DNA from: Parcubacteria group bacterium GW2011_GWA2_42_14
GTDB taxonomy: Bacteria; Patescibacteriota; Minisyncoccia; Sungbacterales; GWA2-42-14
Direction: 5' to 3'
NCBI GenBank assembly: GCA_000998135.1
Contig: LCCV01000005.1
Span: 157-64,156 of the forward strand
DNA: 64,000 bases
Below the pieces are notes generated by a model that did no database searches, was not told the DNA's origin, and was given only the letters and a program-made list of their open reading frames with translations. Shown here in pieces: positions 30,077-40,332 of this stretch. A program made the translations under genes and the position numbers. Each line of letters begins with the position of its first letter. Within the stretch, counting starts at the first letter, position 1.

Positions 30077-30352
30077 TAAAAAACCATAAATAATCTTGCC
30101 GTATGGAGAAAGACCGTGAAGAACCTCCTGGCCGCGGTATTTTTTATTTACCAAGCCCGCCTGAACCAGCCGCCTGATATGTTCGGATATGGTCTTCATA
30201 TTGCAGTTTAAACGTTCGGCAATTTGCCACAAGGTAAGTCCGTCCTCGCCGGCAATCAAAAACACAATTTCGATGCGGCGATGATTAGCCACCCCCTTCA
30301 TATGCCCTTCAAGGTCTTTGGCTGTTTTCTTTAATTTTTTCATAATATTCAT
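30056..30352 (-). CDS. ArsR-like winged-helix regulator
   Basis: ANHRRIEI...QIAERL...SEHIRRLVQAGLV. Confidence 0.85.
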   Translation of the reverse strand: MNIMKKLKKTAKDLEGHMKGVANHRRIEIVFLIAGEDGLTLWQIAERLNCNMKTISEHIRRLVQAGLVNKKYRGQEVLHGLSPYGKIIYGFLKTFSYS

Positions 30353-30438
30353 ATCCTAACATATCCTAAAAGATATTCCAATATTCTCAATATTAGAATA
30401 TCTTTAATTAAAATTTTAATAACAAAACAGAAATAATT

Positions 30439-31455
30439 CTAGGACGCGGAAATAATTTTTTTGATTAACTCCTCATTCTTATGAATAATTTTTTCTTTAT
30501 CTTTTTCCTCTCCGCGCCATAAATCAGTGTAGGGAATATCAAACCAAGAAAGAATATAGTAAAGCCAAAAAAGGCTGCGGAGGGAATAATAAGACGAATC
30601 TATTGCCTTGCTCTTTTGATATGCTTCCCAAAATACCCGGGGGACTTCTCTGCCGTTGTACACTGATTGTAATTCGTATCCAGCCAGCACAAATCGCTGG
30701 TCGTGAAATCTGTGATCTTCAATATCAACCACGCCGGTAAATATCCAGCGATTATTTTCAAACTTCACCATCCCCTGAAGCCCGTCGGTGTGAGTCAATA
30801 CGAATTCTTTCGGGTCTTGCCAACCAGATTCAGCACTTGAAATAAAACTTTCAATTATGTCTTTTTTGCTCCTTAAAAATTCATTTGGACGCTTAATAGC
30901 ATTATTAAGACGAGAATGAAGCGAGAAAAAGAAAGCATCTTTCCAGTTCATTAAATATGGCTCTTTTTGAATTGTTACGCCGTCATAAGCCCTTGTAATT
31001 CCGTGGAGCTTGCCAAATATCTCTCCGGCAAGCGCGTGCGCCTCATCCCCTTGTTCGGGACCCCATCCAAGATACTCTTGAATTGATTCTCCTTCAATCC
31101 ACGACATAATTTGGTAGATGTAAGAAATATCTTTTGCGGGGAATCCGAATGAATAGAGTTTAAAAATCGGAATGCCGGCTTTTACAATAAGGCCATAAGT
31201 ATTCCGGACACTTTTGAAATCTTCATACGCGGTGCCGTAAACCCTATTGTTAATTCGTTCTTCTTCAGTTTGGTCAATAAAAACATCATTTAGCTTTACT
31301 GCAAGAGTTTCTCTTTTATCCCGTAAAACTGCTTCAACCTTGTACACATAGCCAAAATAGCCTAAAAGAACCCTCTCGCAGGTTATTAGTTTCCCATTTA
31401 GTTTGACGGCAATAAGACGTTCAATTATTTGTTGTGGATTTTGTGGTTCCGACAT
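30439..31455 (-). CDS. Aminoglycoside phosphotransferase/kinase-like protein
   Basis: GYFGYVYK, AVK, LTHTD, VVDIED motifs. Confidence 0.75.
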   Translation of the reverse strand: MSEPQNPQQIIERLIAVKLNGKLITCERVLLGYFGYVYKVEAVLRDKRETLAVKLNDVFIDQTEEERINNRVYGTAYEDFKSVRNTYGLIVKAGIPIFKLYSFGFPAKDISYIYQIMSWIEGESIQEYLGWGPEQGDEAHALAGEIFGKLHGITRAYDGVTIQKEPYLMNWKDAFFFSLHSRLNNAIKRPNEFLRSKKDIIESFISSAESGWQDPKEFVLTHTDGLQGMVKFENNRWIFTGVVDIEDHRFHDQRFVLAGYELQSVYNGREVPRVFWEAYQKSKAIDSSYYSLRSLFWLYYILSWFDIPYTDLWRGEEKDKEKIIHKNEELIKKIISAS

Positions 31456-31533
31456 TATACGCAAGCCCCAACACATCCTTAAAGATATTCTAATATTCTT
31501 AAGAATATTAGAATATCTTTAATTAAGGAATTA

Positions 31534-32037
31534 TCATTTCTTGGTTTTAACATAATATTCAAGAAAAATCTTTAACGTGCTTTTGAAACCGCCTGTATAT
31601 TTTTCGGGCTGTATTGCCATATCCCGATATACTTCTTTAGGGTCAGCCCAGAACACCCTTCTTACTTCGTCCTCTTTTAATTTCTCCGGCGCCGATTTAC
31701 AAATAAATATTTTAAACATATGCCGGTTGTCAAAAGTATCGCCCTTATCCCGTGCCCGCGACGAACCAATTTCTTGAAGCTTAATTCCAAAAATACCCAG
31801 CTCTTCTTCCAATTCCCTTTTCGCCGCCTCCGGATAACTTTCTCCGATATTAACGTGCCCCGCCGATGAATGGTCAAGATGCCCGTCTTTTGCCCTCTCG
31901 TTTACCAAGAGCTCGTTTTTATCATTAACAACATAAATAACGGCTACTCTATGAAGCAGGCCTTCTTGGTGCGCTTTCTCCCGGGTTATTTCACCAAGCA
32001 CATTGTCATTATCATCAACCCAAATAACATTATTCAT
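31534..32037 (-). CDS. NUDIX hydrolase (IDI-like)
   Basis: AGHVNIGESYPEAAKRELEEELG; GLLHR. Confidence 0.9.
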   Translation of the reverse strand: MNNVIWVDDNDNVLGEITREKAHQEGLLHRVAVIYVVNDKNELLVNERAKDGHLDHSSAGHVNIGESYPEAAKRELEEELGIFGIKLQEIGSSRARDKGDTFDNRHMFKIFICKSAPEKLKEDEVRRVFWADPKEVYRDMAIQPEKYTGGFKSTLKIFLEYYVKTKK

Positions 32038-32043
32038 AGATTC

Positions 32044-32370
32044 TTATTTTAATAATTTAAAACTGACTATTTTTACTACTGTATCTCCATTCACTGCCTC
32101 TCCATAATATTCCCGATAATGCTGATACATATCTTCTTCACTTTCAAATTTTTCATGTCTTTCAAAATCAGCATCCGTTAATTTACCGAGTTTCTTTTCT
32201 CTTACTTCAACAATTTCAGTTTCAGCAAAATTCTCGCCGGTATTCCAATTCTGAAAAACAAGTTTATCTCCGACCCGCAAATCTTTATCATCAAATAGCC
32301 GCCAAGTAACTGTTTTTTCCCCGCTTAAAATTTTTAAAGCAAGGTGATTTCTAAATTTCAAAATTTTCAT
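32044..32370 (-). CDS. ASCH domain protein
   Basis: ILSGEKTVTWR...GD motif. Confidence 0.85.
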   Translation of the reverse strand: MKILKFRNHLALKILSGEKTVTWRLFDDKDLRVGDKLVFQNWNTGENFAETEIVEVREKKLGKLTDADFERHEKFESEEDMYQHYREYYGEAVNGDTVVKIVSFKLLK

Positions 32371-32381
32371 TGATTTTAAAG

Positions 32382-32903
32382 CTAAATTTCATATTCCCAA
32401 TAAAGCCGCCACTTAAAAGGAATGTTTAACAACTCTTTCAAGGTTTTCCCCGTAAGCGCGTCAAGCCCGTATTGGGTAGCTCTATGGCCAACAATAAGAA
32501 TTATTTTATCAGGATACCTTTCTTTAAGTTCTTTATAAAATCCCTGAACCCGCGCTATGGCCTGCTCGTAACTTTCCCCGCCGGAAAACGGTTCTTTAAT
32601 ATGCCGCATTTTCATCGGCTCAACAACGACGGATGGTTTGCCGTTAAAATCTCCGTAATTGAGTTCTCGCAGCCGCTTGTCGGCAATAACCGGATATTTG
32701 TTTGCAAAAGCAATTTTAACCGTATCAACAGCTCTCCTTAAATCAGAACAACAGACCAAATCCAATTTGATGTCTTTGAATGTTTCTCCCAGTTCTTTTG
32801 CTTGTTTTTTGCCCAAATCCGAAAGCTCCGAATCGTTCCACCCGGAAGCAAATTTCGCTTCATTATCTTTAGTTGTCGCGTGAGCGGCAAAATAAATTTT
32901 CAT
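32382..32903 (-). CDS. Histidine phosphatase family protein
   Basis: AHATT, SDLRRA, LRELNYG, GGES, VGH. Confidence 0.9.
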   Translation of the reverse strand: MKIYFAAHATTKDNEAKFASGWNDSELSDLGKKQAKELGETFKDIKLDLVCCSDLRRAVDTVKIAFANKYPVIADKRLRELNYGDFNGKPSVVVEPMKMRHIKEPFSGGESYEQAIARVQGFYKELKERYPDKIILIVGHRATQYGLDALTGKTLKELLNIPFKWRLYWEYEI

Positions 32904-32968
32904 GATTATTTTAAGGATATCAAAATTTACTGAAATAATAACTTTTTTCCAAGAACCTGTTTTTTTAC

Positions 32969-34645
32969 TTAAAACTTATATATTCTAAAAACCTCAATCC
33001 CCTTTTTGTTGTAAAGAAATACTGAGGAATAGCCCCTGGATAAAAGCTCTTTTTCAAAAAGACCGCCGGTTTCGGTCAGACGTTCCGGTTTCTTCAGCGG
33101 AACATTTTGGGTCATGGCAATAAAATAAAAATAATTAAAACCGGCTTTGGTGAAATAATCCTGCCCATTTTGCGCTAAAAACGACTGGTAATCTTCGGTT
33201 TTAAGAACAGGCCAACCGTGATAAATTTGCAGACGGTCTAAATACCAAATCTGGGGCCCGTTCAGCATGTTGCCGTCATATATTATTAATGCCGGATACG
33301 GTTCCGCTCCTTTTTGTTTGCGCAGGGCAACCGTTTTTGCCTGAAGGGCTTCAATAAATTTATAGCGCGCGTCAAAAACAAAAGCCGGCATTTTTCCGGA
33401 TAATTCCCTGTCAAGATATTTGCCTAACTCCGCAAAACCCCAATTATAATTTTCATAACGGAGTTTTTGCGAATAAAACCACGGACTCGGCCCCTTCGAA
33501 GCATAAATAAGCTGGCTATTTACGGAATAAACAATTTCAAAAATTATAAATGCCGCAAAAAAATAAATTATCGTTGTTTTTAATTTTGGGAATTGCTGAT
33601 AAACGCTGTATATAAGGAAACCTATTCCCAAAGCCAAAAACGGGACAAGCATGGAAAGAAATCTCATTTGCGGTCCGATAAATCCCGCTATCAAAAATAC
33701 CAAAAACACCAATGAAACCAGCAGGAACCGGCTCTTGAATAATGCGGATAGTCCCAAAAATGACATTAAAAGAAATAACCAGGAATTACTTTGAATAAGA
33801 TTGGGCAAAAAGTTGCGGATGCGGTCGAGTATCGTTCCCGCTTCTTCTTTGCCCGGAGCGGTTTTCCAAACTTCAGGATGTTGCCCGAAGATATAAGAAA
33901 ATTGAAAATCAAAATGGCCGACCGCGCGGTAAAGTCCGAAATTATAAATCAGAACGGGACTGAAAATCAAAATGGCTAAAATAATATTCATCCAAAATTT
34001 CTTATTCCAAAAATACTCGCGGCGAAAAATAATAAAATAAATAAAAAGAACAGGAACGGTTATAAAAATTAAAGTGTATTTGGTTAAAAAACCCAAACCC
34101 ATGGATAATCCGACCAGCCAAAGAAAATTGTCATTTTTCAAAGACCTGACCAAGGCGTAAGAAAACAAAAGCAGGAAAAAAATCACGTATGGCTCCTGCA
34201 GGCCCACGCGGGAAATTAAAATATGGTTGGAGGAAACCGCCAGAATCAGGGCAGAAATGATTCCCACCAAAGGAGAAAAAAGTAGCGCGCCTAATTTATA
34301 AATAAGATAAACCGAAGCAATGCCGAATAAGGCCGCCGAAAACCGGAAAGCAAAAATATTTTCACCAAAAATTTTGATAAAAAAATGCTGGATTAAAAAA
34401 ACCAGCGGCGGATGGTCATGAAACGATAATTTTGTCCACCACGGAATATTTCCGTCAAACCACTGAAGGGGCGTTGTTTGAAATTCGGCAACATCATAAT
34501 CAAGCAATCCTACGGCACGAAAGGCGTATAAAACTTCGTCTCCGACAGGGTCCCCCGCCCCGATGCCCCACAAACGCAAAACCGCCGCCAAAAAAATAAT
34601 GGCGGCAAGAATATATATCGTATTCCGGTTACGTTTTATTTCCAT
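32969..34645 (-). CDS. Glycosyltransferase family 39 (ArnT/PMT-like)
   Basis: DE, DHPPL, FLTKY motifs; multiple TM. Confidence 0.85.
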   Translation of the reverse strand: MEIKRNRNTIYILAAIIFLAAVLRLWGIGAGDPVGDEVLYAFRAVGLLDYDVAEFQTTPLQWFDGNIPWWTKLSFHDHPPLVFLIQHFFIKIFGENIFAFRFSAALFGIASVYLIYKLGALLFSPLVGIISALILAVSSNHILISRVGLQEPYVIFFLLLFSYALVRSLKNDNFLWLVGLSMGLGFLTKYTLIFITVPVLFIYFIIFRREYFWNKKFWMNIILAILIFSPVLIYNFGLYRAVGHFDFQFSYIFGQHPEVWKTAPGKEEAGTILDRIRNFLPNLIQSNSWLFLLMSFLGLSALFKSRFLLVSLVFLVFLIAGFIGPQMRFLSMLVPFLALGIGFLIYSVYQQFPKLKTTIIYFFAAFIIFEIVYSVNSQLIYASKGPSPWFYSQKLRYENYNWGFAELGKYLDRELSGKMPAFVFDARYKFIEALQAKTVALRKQKGAEPYPALIIYDGNMLNGPQIWYLDRLQIYHGWPVLKTEDYQSFLAQNGQDYFTKAGFNYFYFIAMTQNVPLKKPERLTETGGLFEKELLSRGYSSVFLYNKKGIEVFRIYKF

Positions 34646-34706
34646 AGCACTTCTGTTGCTTATTGACTACCCCGCACGGATTATATCAAACAATAGGAAG
34701 TATTGC

Positions 34707-34988
34707 ATGTCACAGCCATTGTTGCCGTGGGATTCTCTCAAAAGTACCAACCACCCCCAACTAGTCTGGCGAAGCCAGCTCAATGACAGATATATCATTG
34801 AAATGCAACGTACTGGCGGTTATAGCGGCAAGCTCTTTGTATTCGATCACAACCAGAGTGATCAGGAAATTTTTTCTGTGGATGTCGGTCTGTCCTATTT
34901 AGCAATGTTCGGACCTGATATGGCCGATGTCCAAGAATGGCATGGCACTTTTGAATATGCGGTATCAATGGGAAACACTTTGCATTAA
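34707..34988 (+). CDS. Small hypothetical protein
   Basis: 93 aa from ATG 34707 with AGGA upstream; FGPD.ADV..W motif; 3' end overlaps APH gene. Confidence 0.5.
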   Translation: MSQPLLPWDSLKSTNHPQLVWRSQLNDRYIIEMQRTGGYSGKLFVFDHNQSDQEIFSVDVGLSYLAMFGPDMADVQEWHGTFEYAVSMGNTLH

Positions 34989-35909
34989 AAGGTTTAATAC
35001 TCTGTCTCGATATTTTTCGGTTTCCTCGTCTCCGCCAGTTACTGGTATTTCTTTCTTCAAAATCTTCAAACAACCCAATACCAAGCGAATACGGAAATCT
35101 TCTTTAGTAAAACCTCGCCTCTCTAGAAAAACATCTACAATATCGGTTCTTGAAAGGGGCAATAAATCATAAATAGGATATTTTACAAAGCCCATCATGG
35201 GATCTTGAAACGACGCGGATTCAAAATCTAAGTACCCTGTGATTTTGCCATTCTGTGCTAAAAAGTTTCCTGGTTGATAATCGCCATTAGAAATTACCAA
35301 TGGCGTGTTGATATTTTTAAGGATATCTTGTAAATATATTACCGCCAACCGGTAGCCATCCTCACTAAGCCACAAATTATTCTCATCATTCAGTAATTCT
35401 AATTCTTTCGTTAAAGTAAAACGCGGCATCAATTTTACCACCTCGTGACCTTCAATAAATGGTGTCGCATCCATTAACTTAATGACTCCTTCAACCAGCA
35501 GCTCTTTTGCTTTTTGCAAGCTCTCTTCAGAACGCATGCTAACCCTCTGAAGGTTCTCTCCGGGAAGCAACGAGTATACTGCTTCACTTTCTCCTGATTC
35601 GTTTAAAAATGGTTTTACCAAAACCTTAGGGACAGGTAAACCAAATTCTTCCAGAGCACTAAATATTTGTATTTCTTTCTCTACATCGCCATGGCGATTT
35701 TTTCTTAACACAACAGCCGCATAATCTCCATTTCTTGTTTGAATAGTAACGCGAATGGGGCACGGCAAGTCATAATTATCAAAATACTCCGCTTTCACAA
35801 TCGAATGAAAATCAGGACTAATACCAAGAAGGGCCTTACGTTCAGCAACAGTTAATTCAACTTTTCTTTCTTCTTCACTATGAAATTGATTCATTGGTTC
35901 GTTTTCCAT
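34965..35909 (-). CDS. Phosphotransferase (APH-like)
   Basis: GLPVPKV, NGDYQPGNFL, YLDFE; TAATG coupling to csaA. Confidence 0.8.
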   Translation of the reverse strand: MENEPMNQFHSEEERKVELTVAERKALLGISPDFHSIVKAEYFDNYDLPCPIRVTIQTRNGDYAAVVLRKNRHGDVEKEIQIFSALEEFGLPVPKVLVKPFLNESGESEAVYSLLPGENLQRVSMRSEESLQKAKELLVEGVIKLMDATPFIEGHEVVKLMPRFTLTKELELLNDENNLWLSEDGYRLAVIYLQDILKNINTPLVISNGDYQPGNFLAQNGKITGYLDFESASFQDPMMGFVKYPIYDLLPLSRTDIVDVFLERRGFTKEDFRIRLVLGCLKILKKEIPVTGGDEETEKYRDRVLNLLMQSVSH

Positions 35910-36247
35910 TATTGTAACTTGCCGCCTAGATTTACTGATTGTTTTGCGGGAGTAATCAACACCCAACCATCTCCGGCATTGTTTTTAAAGCCGAGCGTAA
36001 GAACTTCCGAAGAAAAATTTCCAATGCGTTTTGGAGGAAAATTAACGACGCAACAAACAAACATCCCAAAAAGTTCTTCTTTGGTATGCGCTCCAACCGC
36101 TTGCACACTTGATACCTTGATACCAATTTCTGCACCAAAATCTATTTTCAGCTTAAAAGCGGGCTTCCGCGCTTCGGGAAAATCTTCAATTTCAACAACT
36201 TTCCCCACCCGAACATCAACCTTATCAAAATCTTCGTATATAATCAT
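35909..36247 (-). CDS. csaA: CsaA-like tRNA-binding OB-fold protein
   Basis: DVRVGKV...FPEARKPA..L.IDFG...VVNFPPKRI..F.SEVL. Confidence 0.9.
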   Translation of the reverse strand: MIIYEDFDKVDVRVGKVVEIEDFPEARKPAFKLKIDFGAEIGIKVSSVQAVGAHTKEELFGMFVCCVVNFPPKRIGNFSSEVLTLGFKNNAGDGWVLITPAKQSVNLGGKLQ

Positions 36248-36357
36248 ATATTTATAAATCTTACTATTCGCACGACACATCACGAATTGCTATTCATATG
36301 GCACTTTTTGCCTGCCCTGAGACCGCCGAAGAGATACGCGATATGAATTGGAAGTTA

Positions 36358-36585
36358 TTAAAGCAATTCCAAAAACATATCAACGCTCAAACCCGCTTGT
36401 TTGATAATTGATTTAATGGTCTTGGGTGTAAGTTCCTTACGGTGAAAAGGAACAGTAACCCGCAACTCCGGTTTAACTAAGTGGCGCAGCTGGATATGAC
36501 TTCCCGCCTGATGAAATTCATAAAACCGAGCTCGTTTAAGGGCTCGGATTACTAAAATCGAAGGTATGCGTGGTAGTTTCGGCAT
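36358..36585 (-). CDS. hicA: HicA toxin (mRNA interferase)
   Basis: GSH...VTVPFH...TIKSIIKQAG. Confidence 0.9.
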   Translation of the reverse strand: MPKLPRIPSILVIRALKRARFYEFHQAGSHIQLRHLVKPELRVTVPFHRKELTPKTIKSIIKQAGLSVDMFLELL

Positions 36586-36588
36586 ACA

Positions 36589-36822
36589 TTACACGGAAAC
36601 CTTTATCCTCTCACGATGCGGCTCTGAAAAAGAAATTCTCCGGTCTTTAAGGAGGGCTTCCAGATAACAGCGAATAGCGTCCTTGGCCATTTCTCTTGCT
36701 TCTTTTAAATTATCTCCCTCGGTAACTAAACCGGGAAGTTTTGGAACAGTAACAGTGTATCCTGCTCCATTCGGGTCAAAAACTACCTCGTATTGATAGA
36801 TTATTTCTTTATGTTTCTTCAT
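36589..36822 (-). CDS. hicB: HicB antitoxin (short)
   Basis: GYTVTVPKLPGLVTEGDNLKEA...AI. Confidence 0.9.
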   Translation of the reverse strand: MKKHKEIIYQYEVVFDPNGAGYTVTVPKLPGLVTEGDNLKEAREMAKDAIRCYLEALLKDRRISFSEPHRERIKVSV

Positions 36823-36857
36823 AGTTACATTATACCTTGTCTTAAATAAAAATACAA

Positions 36858-37352
36858 TTATTTACTCAGAAAAATTAAATCCCGCATGCGAATAAACTTG
36901 CCCTCGTAATCTCCAACATTTATTTCGCTCTCAAGCGTTTTTATGGCATCTTCTAATTTCATCCATTCTGGTTGAAACCCATCGTCAATTTCGTCACCAA
37001 CAAAATTAGGTAAACCTTTATCGCCAACAACGTCTGCAATATAGCAATAAGAAATCTGGTGTATTTTTAAATTGTTTCGATACTTCTCAATAATCCCAAG
37101 CTCTCGAATATTTTCGATAGAACAACCAATCTCCTCTAATACTTCTCTTCGTAACGCAGTTTCTATATCTTCGCCCTCTTCTATGCCGCCACCGGGGAGT
37201 TTGTGATAATTCTTTTTGGTAACATTCAACAATGCAACATTCCCATCTTTATCAAAAACAATCGCACGAGCCGCTTCGCGCTTGTCATAGTTGGGCGACG
37301 CTTGAGAATCAACTCCAATATCTGCATCCCGAATTGTTTTTAACAAATTCAT
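36858..37352 (-). CDS. NUDIX hydrolase
   Basis: LPGGGIEEGEDIETALRREVLEEIG. Confidence 0.92.
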   Translation of the reverse strand: MNLLKTIRDADIGVDSQASPNYDKREAARAIVFDKDGNVALLNVTKKNYHKLPGGGIEEGEDIETALRREVLEEIGCSIENIRELGIIEKYRNNLKIHQISYCYIADVVGDKGLPNFVGDEIDDGFQPEWMKLEDAIKTLESEINVGDYEGKFIRMRDLIFLSK

Positions 37353-37408
37353 TTTTTTCCTATCTCCCGTGACATCGCTTGATTTATAACATCAATGGTG
37401 TTAGAGAT

Positions 37409-39019
37409 TTACAATACCTTCGCTTTTTGTAAAACTCGACGAACAGAATGGGGATAATTATGTACTTTCGCGAGAGCAGAAGATGCCTGTTCCTTGCTAA
37501 TGAAACCCACAGTAACTTCTCGTGCCAATCGTGTCGTATCTGGATGAAACCCGAGCATACGTTTTGCCTTACTTTCCGCGGCTCGCGCAAAAAGGCAAGA
37601 ATTTGCGTTGGATTCAATTAATCTCTCGCCTCGCGGAATTTTCCAGCCTAATTTTCTTAAAATTCTTTCCGTATCTTCTATTTTACGCTGAAGCAAAAAT
37701 GGCAAATGAACAATATATACGGGTGGCTTATTCTTAAACGGCTGCAATTTCCTTATAGCAGAGAAAATAAACTTTTTCGACTCACTATCTTGGCTTAATC
37801 CAGCCCATTCGTTTATACCAAGAATAACCACTTTTACTCCTCGCTTCAATGCTTCACCATAATATGCGCGGACGACGAGCCGTCTGCATAACTGACATGT
37901 TCGCACAAAAGGAATTTTATGCTGGCATTTAACTGAATAATGCCTACGTCCTTCCACATACCATTTCCGAAACTTCTCTTTCAGCTCTTGGGAATCACGC
38001 TCATTGTATAAATCTGATGTCTTTCGGAAACATATTCGATCAACTGAGCGCATGTATATTCTGGCATCTATCTTTTCATAATCTACTTTTAGCTTTTTAG
38101 CCACTGTTTTTGCCCGCTGGAAAATATGTTTCGGATAGTATCCAGTATCTAATGAAAAAGTAAGCGGTATAAAACCCATTTGCTTTGCAGTGTACAAAGT
38201 TGCAGTGCTGTCCTTGCCGCCAGAAATTCCGACCATGGCATCATGTTTCTCTTTTCCAGAACCCCTGAGTGAGAGTAAAAATCTTAATTCTTTTTGCAAA
38301 ACAGCACCGCTGAAATTTTTCTCGTATTTCTCGCAAACATCGCATAATCCATATTTACCAATAACACTGGATAAATTTGAACTTGTGTTAACGCATTTTT
38401 TGCATTCTGCCGCCCCAATCAATGCTTTGATTTGAGCAGCAATCTCTTTCTTCGACGTAACAGCCGTATTGAAAGTAAGGTGCGCAATACGCTCCACCTT
38501 ATTCGTAGAAAACAGTCGTTCCTCAATTTGTCTTTCTTTCTCCGCATCTTTCTTTGAAAAACTCTCTCTCCTCGAAATCCTACCTGTTAAATATTTATCG
38601 GGCGTTTTAAGATATACGACCAAATATCCATTTTTCTTAAAATACATTGAATTTCTGAAACCGCGAATGCCCGCAATAATTAACGACTTATGAAAAAACT
38701 TTTTCCTGTGCAGATAAATAAGCGTTTTTGCAATAACAGCTGATGAATATTTGTTCTTAAGATAAACAAACATCTGCTGCGCTTCATCCCTCGAGAATTT
38801 CCGTTTATGGCGTAATTTCAATATTGCCCGAATAAAATCCGTCTCTCGCGGCGGCAGTTCTTCTTTTATTGAGATAGCTGGATATATTACGGAGCTGGAT
38901 GCTTCAACATATTTCGCTTCAGGAAAAATTTTAAGAAAAGATTTGGCAACCGTAGTTTTTCCGCTTCCTGGCGCTCCGAAAACAACAATGCCGTGAAATT
39001 TATTTATTTTCCTATTCAT
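37409..39019 (-). CDS. P-loop nucleotide kinase fused to PP-loop ATP pyrophosphatase (N-acetyl sugar amidotransferase-like)
   Basis: GAPGSGKT, GIR; CKKC...CDVC; SGGKDS; CQLC. Confidence 0.75.
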   Translation of the reverse strand: MNRKINKFHGIVVFGAPGSGKTTVAKSFLKIFPEAKYVEASSSVIYPAISIKEELPPRETDFIRAILKLRHKRKFSRDEAQQMFVYLKNKYSSAVIAKTLIYLHRKKFFHKSLIIAGIRGFRNSMYFKKNGYLVVYLKTPDKYLTGRISRRESFSKKDAEKERQIEERLFSTNKVERIAHLTFNTAVTSKKEIAAQIKALIGAAECKKCVNTSSNLSSVIGKYGLCDVCEKYEKNFSGAVLQKELRFLLSLRGSGKEKHDAMVGISGGKDSTATLYTAKQMGFIPLTFSLDTGYYPKHIFQRAKTVAKKLKVDYEKIDARIYMRSVDRICFRKTSDLYNERDSQELKEKFRKWYVEGRRHYSVKCQHKIPFVRTCQLCRRLVVRAYYGEALKRGVKVVILGINEWAGLSQDSESKKFIFSAIRKLQPFKNKPPVYIVHLPFLLQRKIEDTERILRKLGWKIPRGERLIESNANSCLFARAAESKAKRMLGFHPDTTRLAREVTVGFISKEQASSALAKVHNYPHSVRRVLQKAKVL

Positions 39020-39202
39020 ATGACACTTCGGAGATATTTACTACGCTAAAAAATCCAATAAATACGCGACTTATCCATTTCCATGACATCGCTGCTTTTT
39101 TAATAACCAACCGCAGGAGTTTTCTTTATTTTAAGCCATTTTTTCGTCTGTGCCACATCCTGATTTGCCTAAATATAGAAAATGTCATGCGGACATAAAA
39201 AC

Positions 39203-39232
39203 TTGACAAATACCATACTACCATGCTATACT
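39203..39232 (+). promoter_or_regulatory. Sigma70 promoter for small ORF
   Basis: TTGACA-18 nt-TATACT with TG extension; AAGGAGG RBS at ~39268. Confidence 0.7.
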
Positions 39233-39281
39233 TATAGCAAAGTTCCGAATCCCACAATCAATCTTTTAAGGAGGAACCGAA

Positions 39282-39494
39282 ATGGAGACCCACACTCTCA
39301 CGACCAAGCAGTTGCGGAAGCTCGTCAACGCGATCGGCAGCGGAAGCGACTGGCCGAAGCATACGGACGATCTGAAGGTGAACTACGCTGTCGACTGCAT
39401 CGTGCAGGACGATGGCGATGTGCCCCCCTACGACGAACGGCTGTATGTCGAGGAAATCGAGGCCTTCAAGGCACTCGAAGCCAAGACCGGCTAG
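39282..39494 (+). CDS. Small acidic hypothetical protein with GC-rich codons
   Basis: 70 aa, strong promoter and RBS. Confidence 0.7.
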   Translation: METHTLTTKQLRKLVNAIGSGSDWPKHTDDLKVNYAVDCIVQDDGDVPPYDERLYVEEIEAFKALEAKTG

Positions 39495-39592
39495 TCAACC
39501 AAGTGCTTAGCATCACTTAAAACTGCTCTTTTTTATTTGTTTTATCTCCCGTGACATCTCTTGATGTGCGGTACTAATGGGAAATTGACTAA

Positions 39593-40332
39593 TTAAATAA
39601 GTGAACGAACTTGTTTCCTTAAATAATTCTGATATTCATGCTGAAGCTTAGATAAATTAGGGATTAACTTTCCGACCATCTTATGCATTTGAAATATAAA
39701 TTTTGGTTTTCCATTACTGAATTCCTTAATCGGAAGATTCAATAAAATATTCATGATTTGTTCAAATCCTTAATATTTTCTTGGAGAACATTTCTTATCG
39801 GCTGTTCGTATTCTTCGGGAACAATATATGATATCGCGTTATATACCTCCTCGACTCGTTTTTTGGTCGGTATAAACTCTATTTTGATATTTGATACCTG
39901 AATACCTCTTGGATCAAAACCGCCGTCTTCCGCAATAATAGTATAAATTTTTTCCTCAATGGGCTTTTTAAATAAAGCTAATAATAAATCCAGTACCCCC
40001 TTGGCGGCATTACCACTGCCAATTTCATCATCTACAAACAATATATCTTTTATATTCAGTAAGGATATATTTTGAAAATCTCCGGCTAATGTCGAATTGT
40101 CAAATAAAATTGCTTCCTTTTCATCTGCGTGACGATAAATTGGCGCCACCACAGTCTGCGGACAATCAACTTTTAACAATTCATAAACCAATCTGGTTAA
40201 ATAAATCATTATCTGGCCTGAATCCCCTGCGCCAATAATAATATCAAACTTTCTTTTATCGTTTACCAACAAACGCTTAAAAGTTTTTATAAATTGCGAT
40301 AGAGAATCTTCTCCTAGTTTTCCGAGGTCCAT
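39593..40332 (-). pseudogene. Type I phosphoribosyltransferase-like gene, probably split by a frameshift (193 aa + 53 aa)
   Basis: LFVDDEIGSG PRPP-binding loop; stop at 39751 overlaps ATG of a 53-codon frame to 39593. Confidence 0.5.

Noticed and set aside
31460-31480. Possible further secA-end copy (ATGTGTTGGGGC)
   Set aside because: Too degenerate to distinguish from chance.
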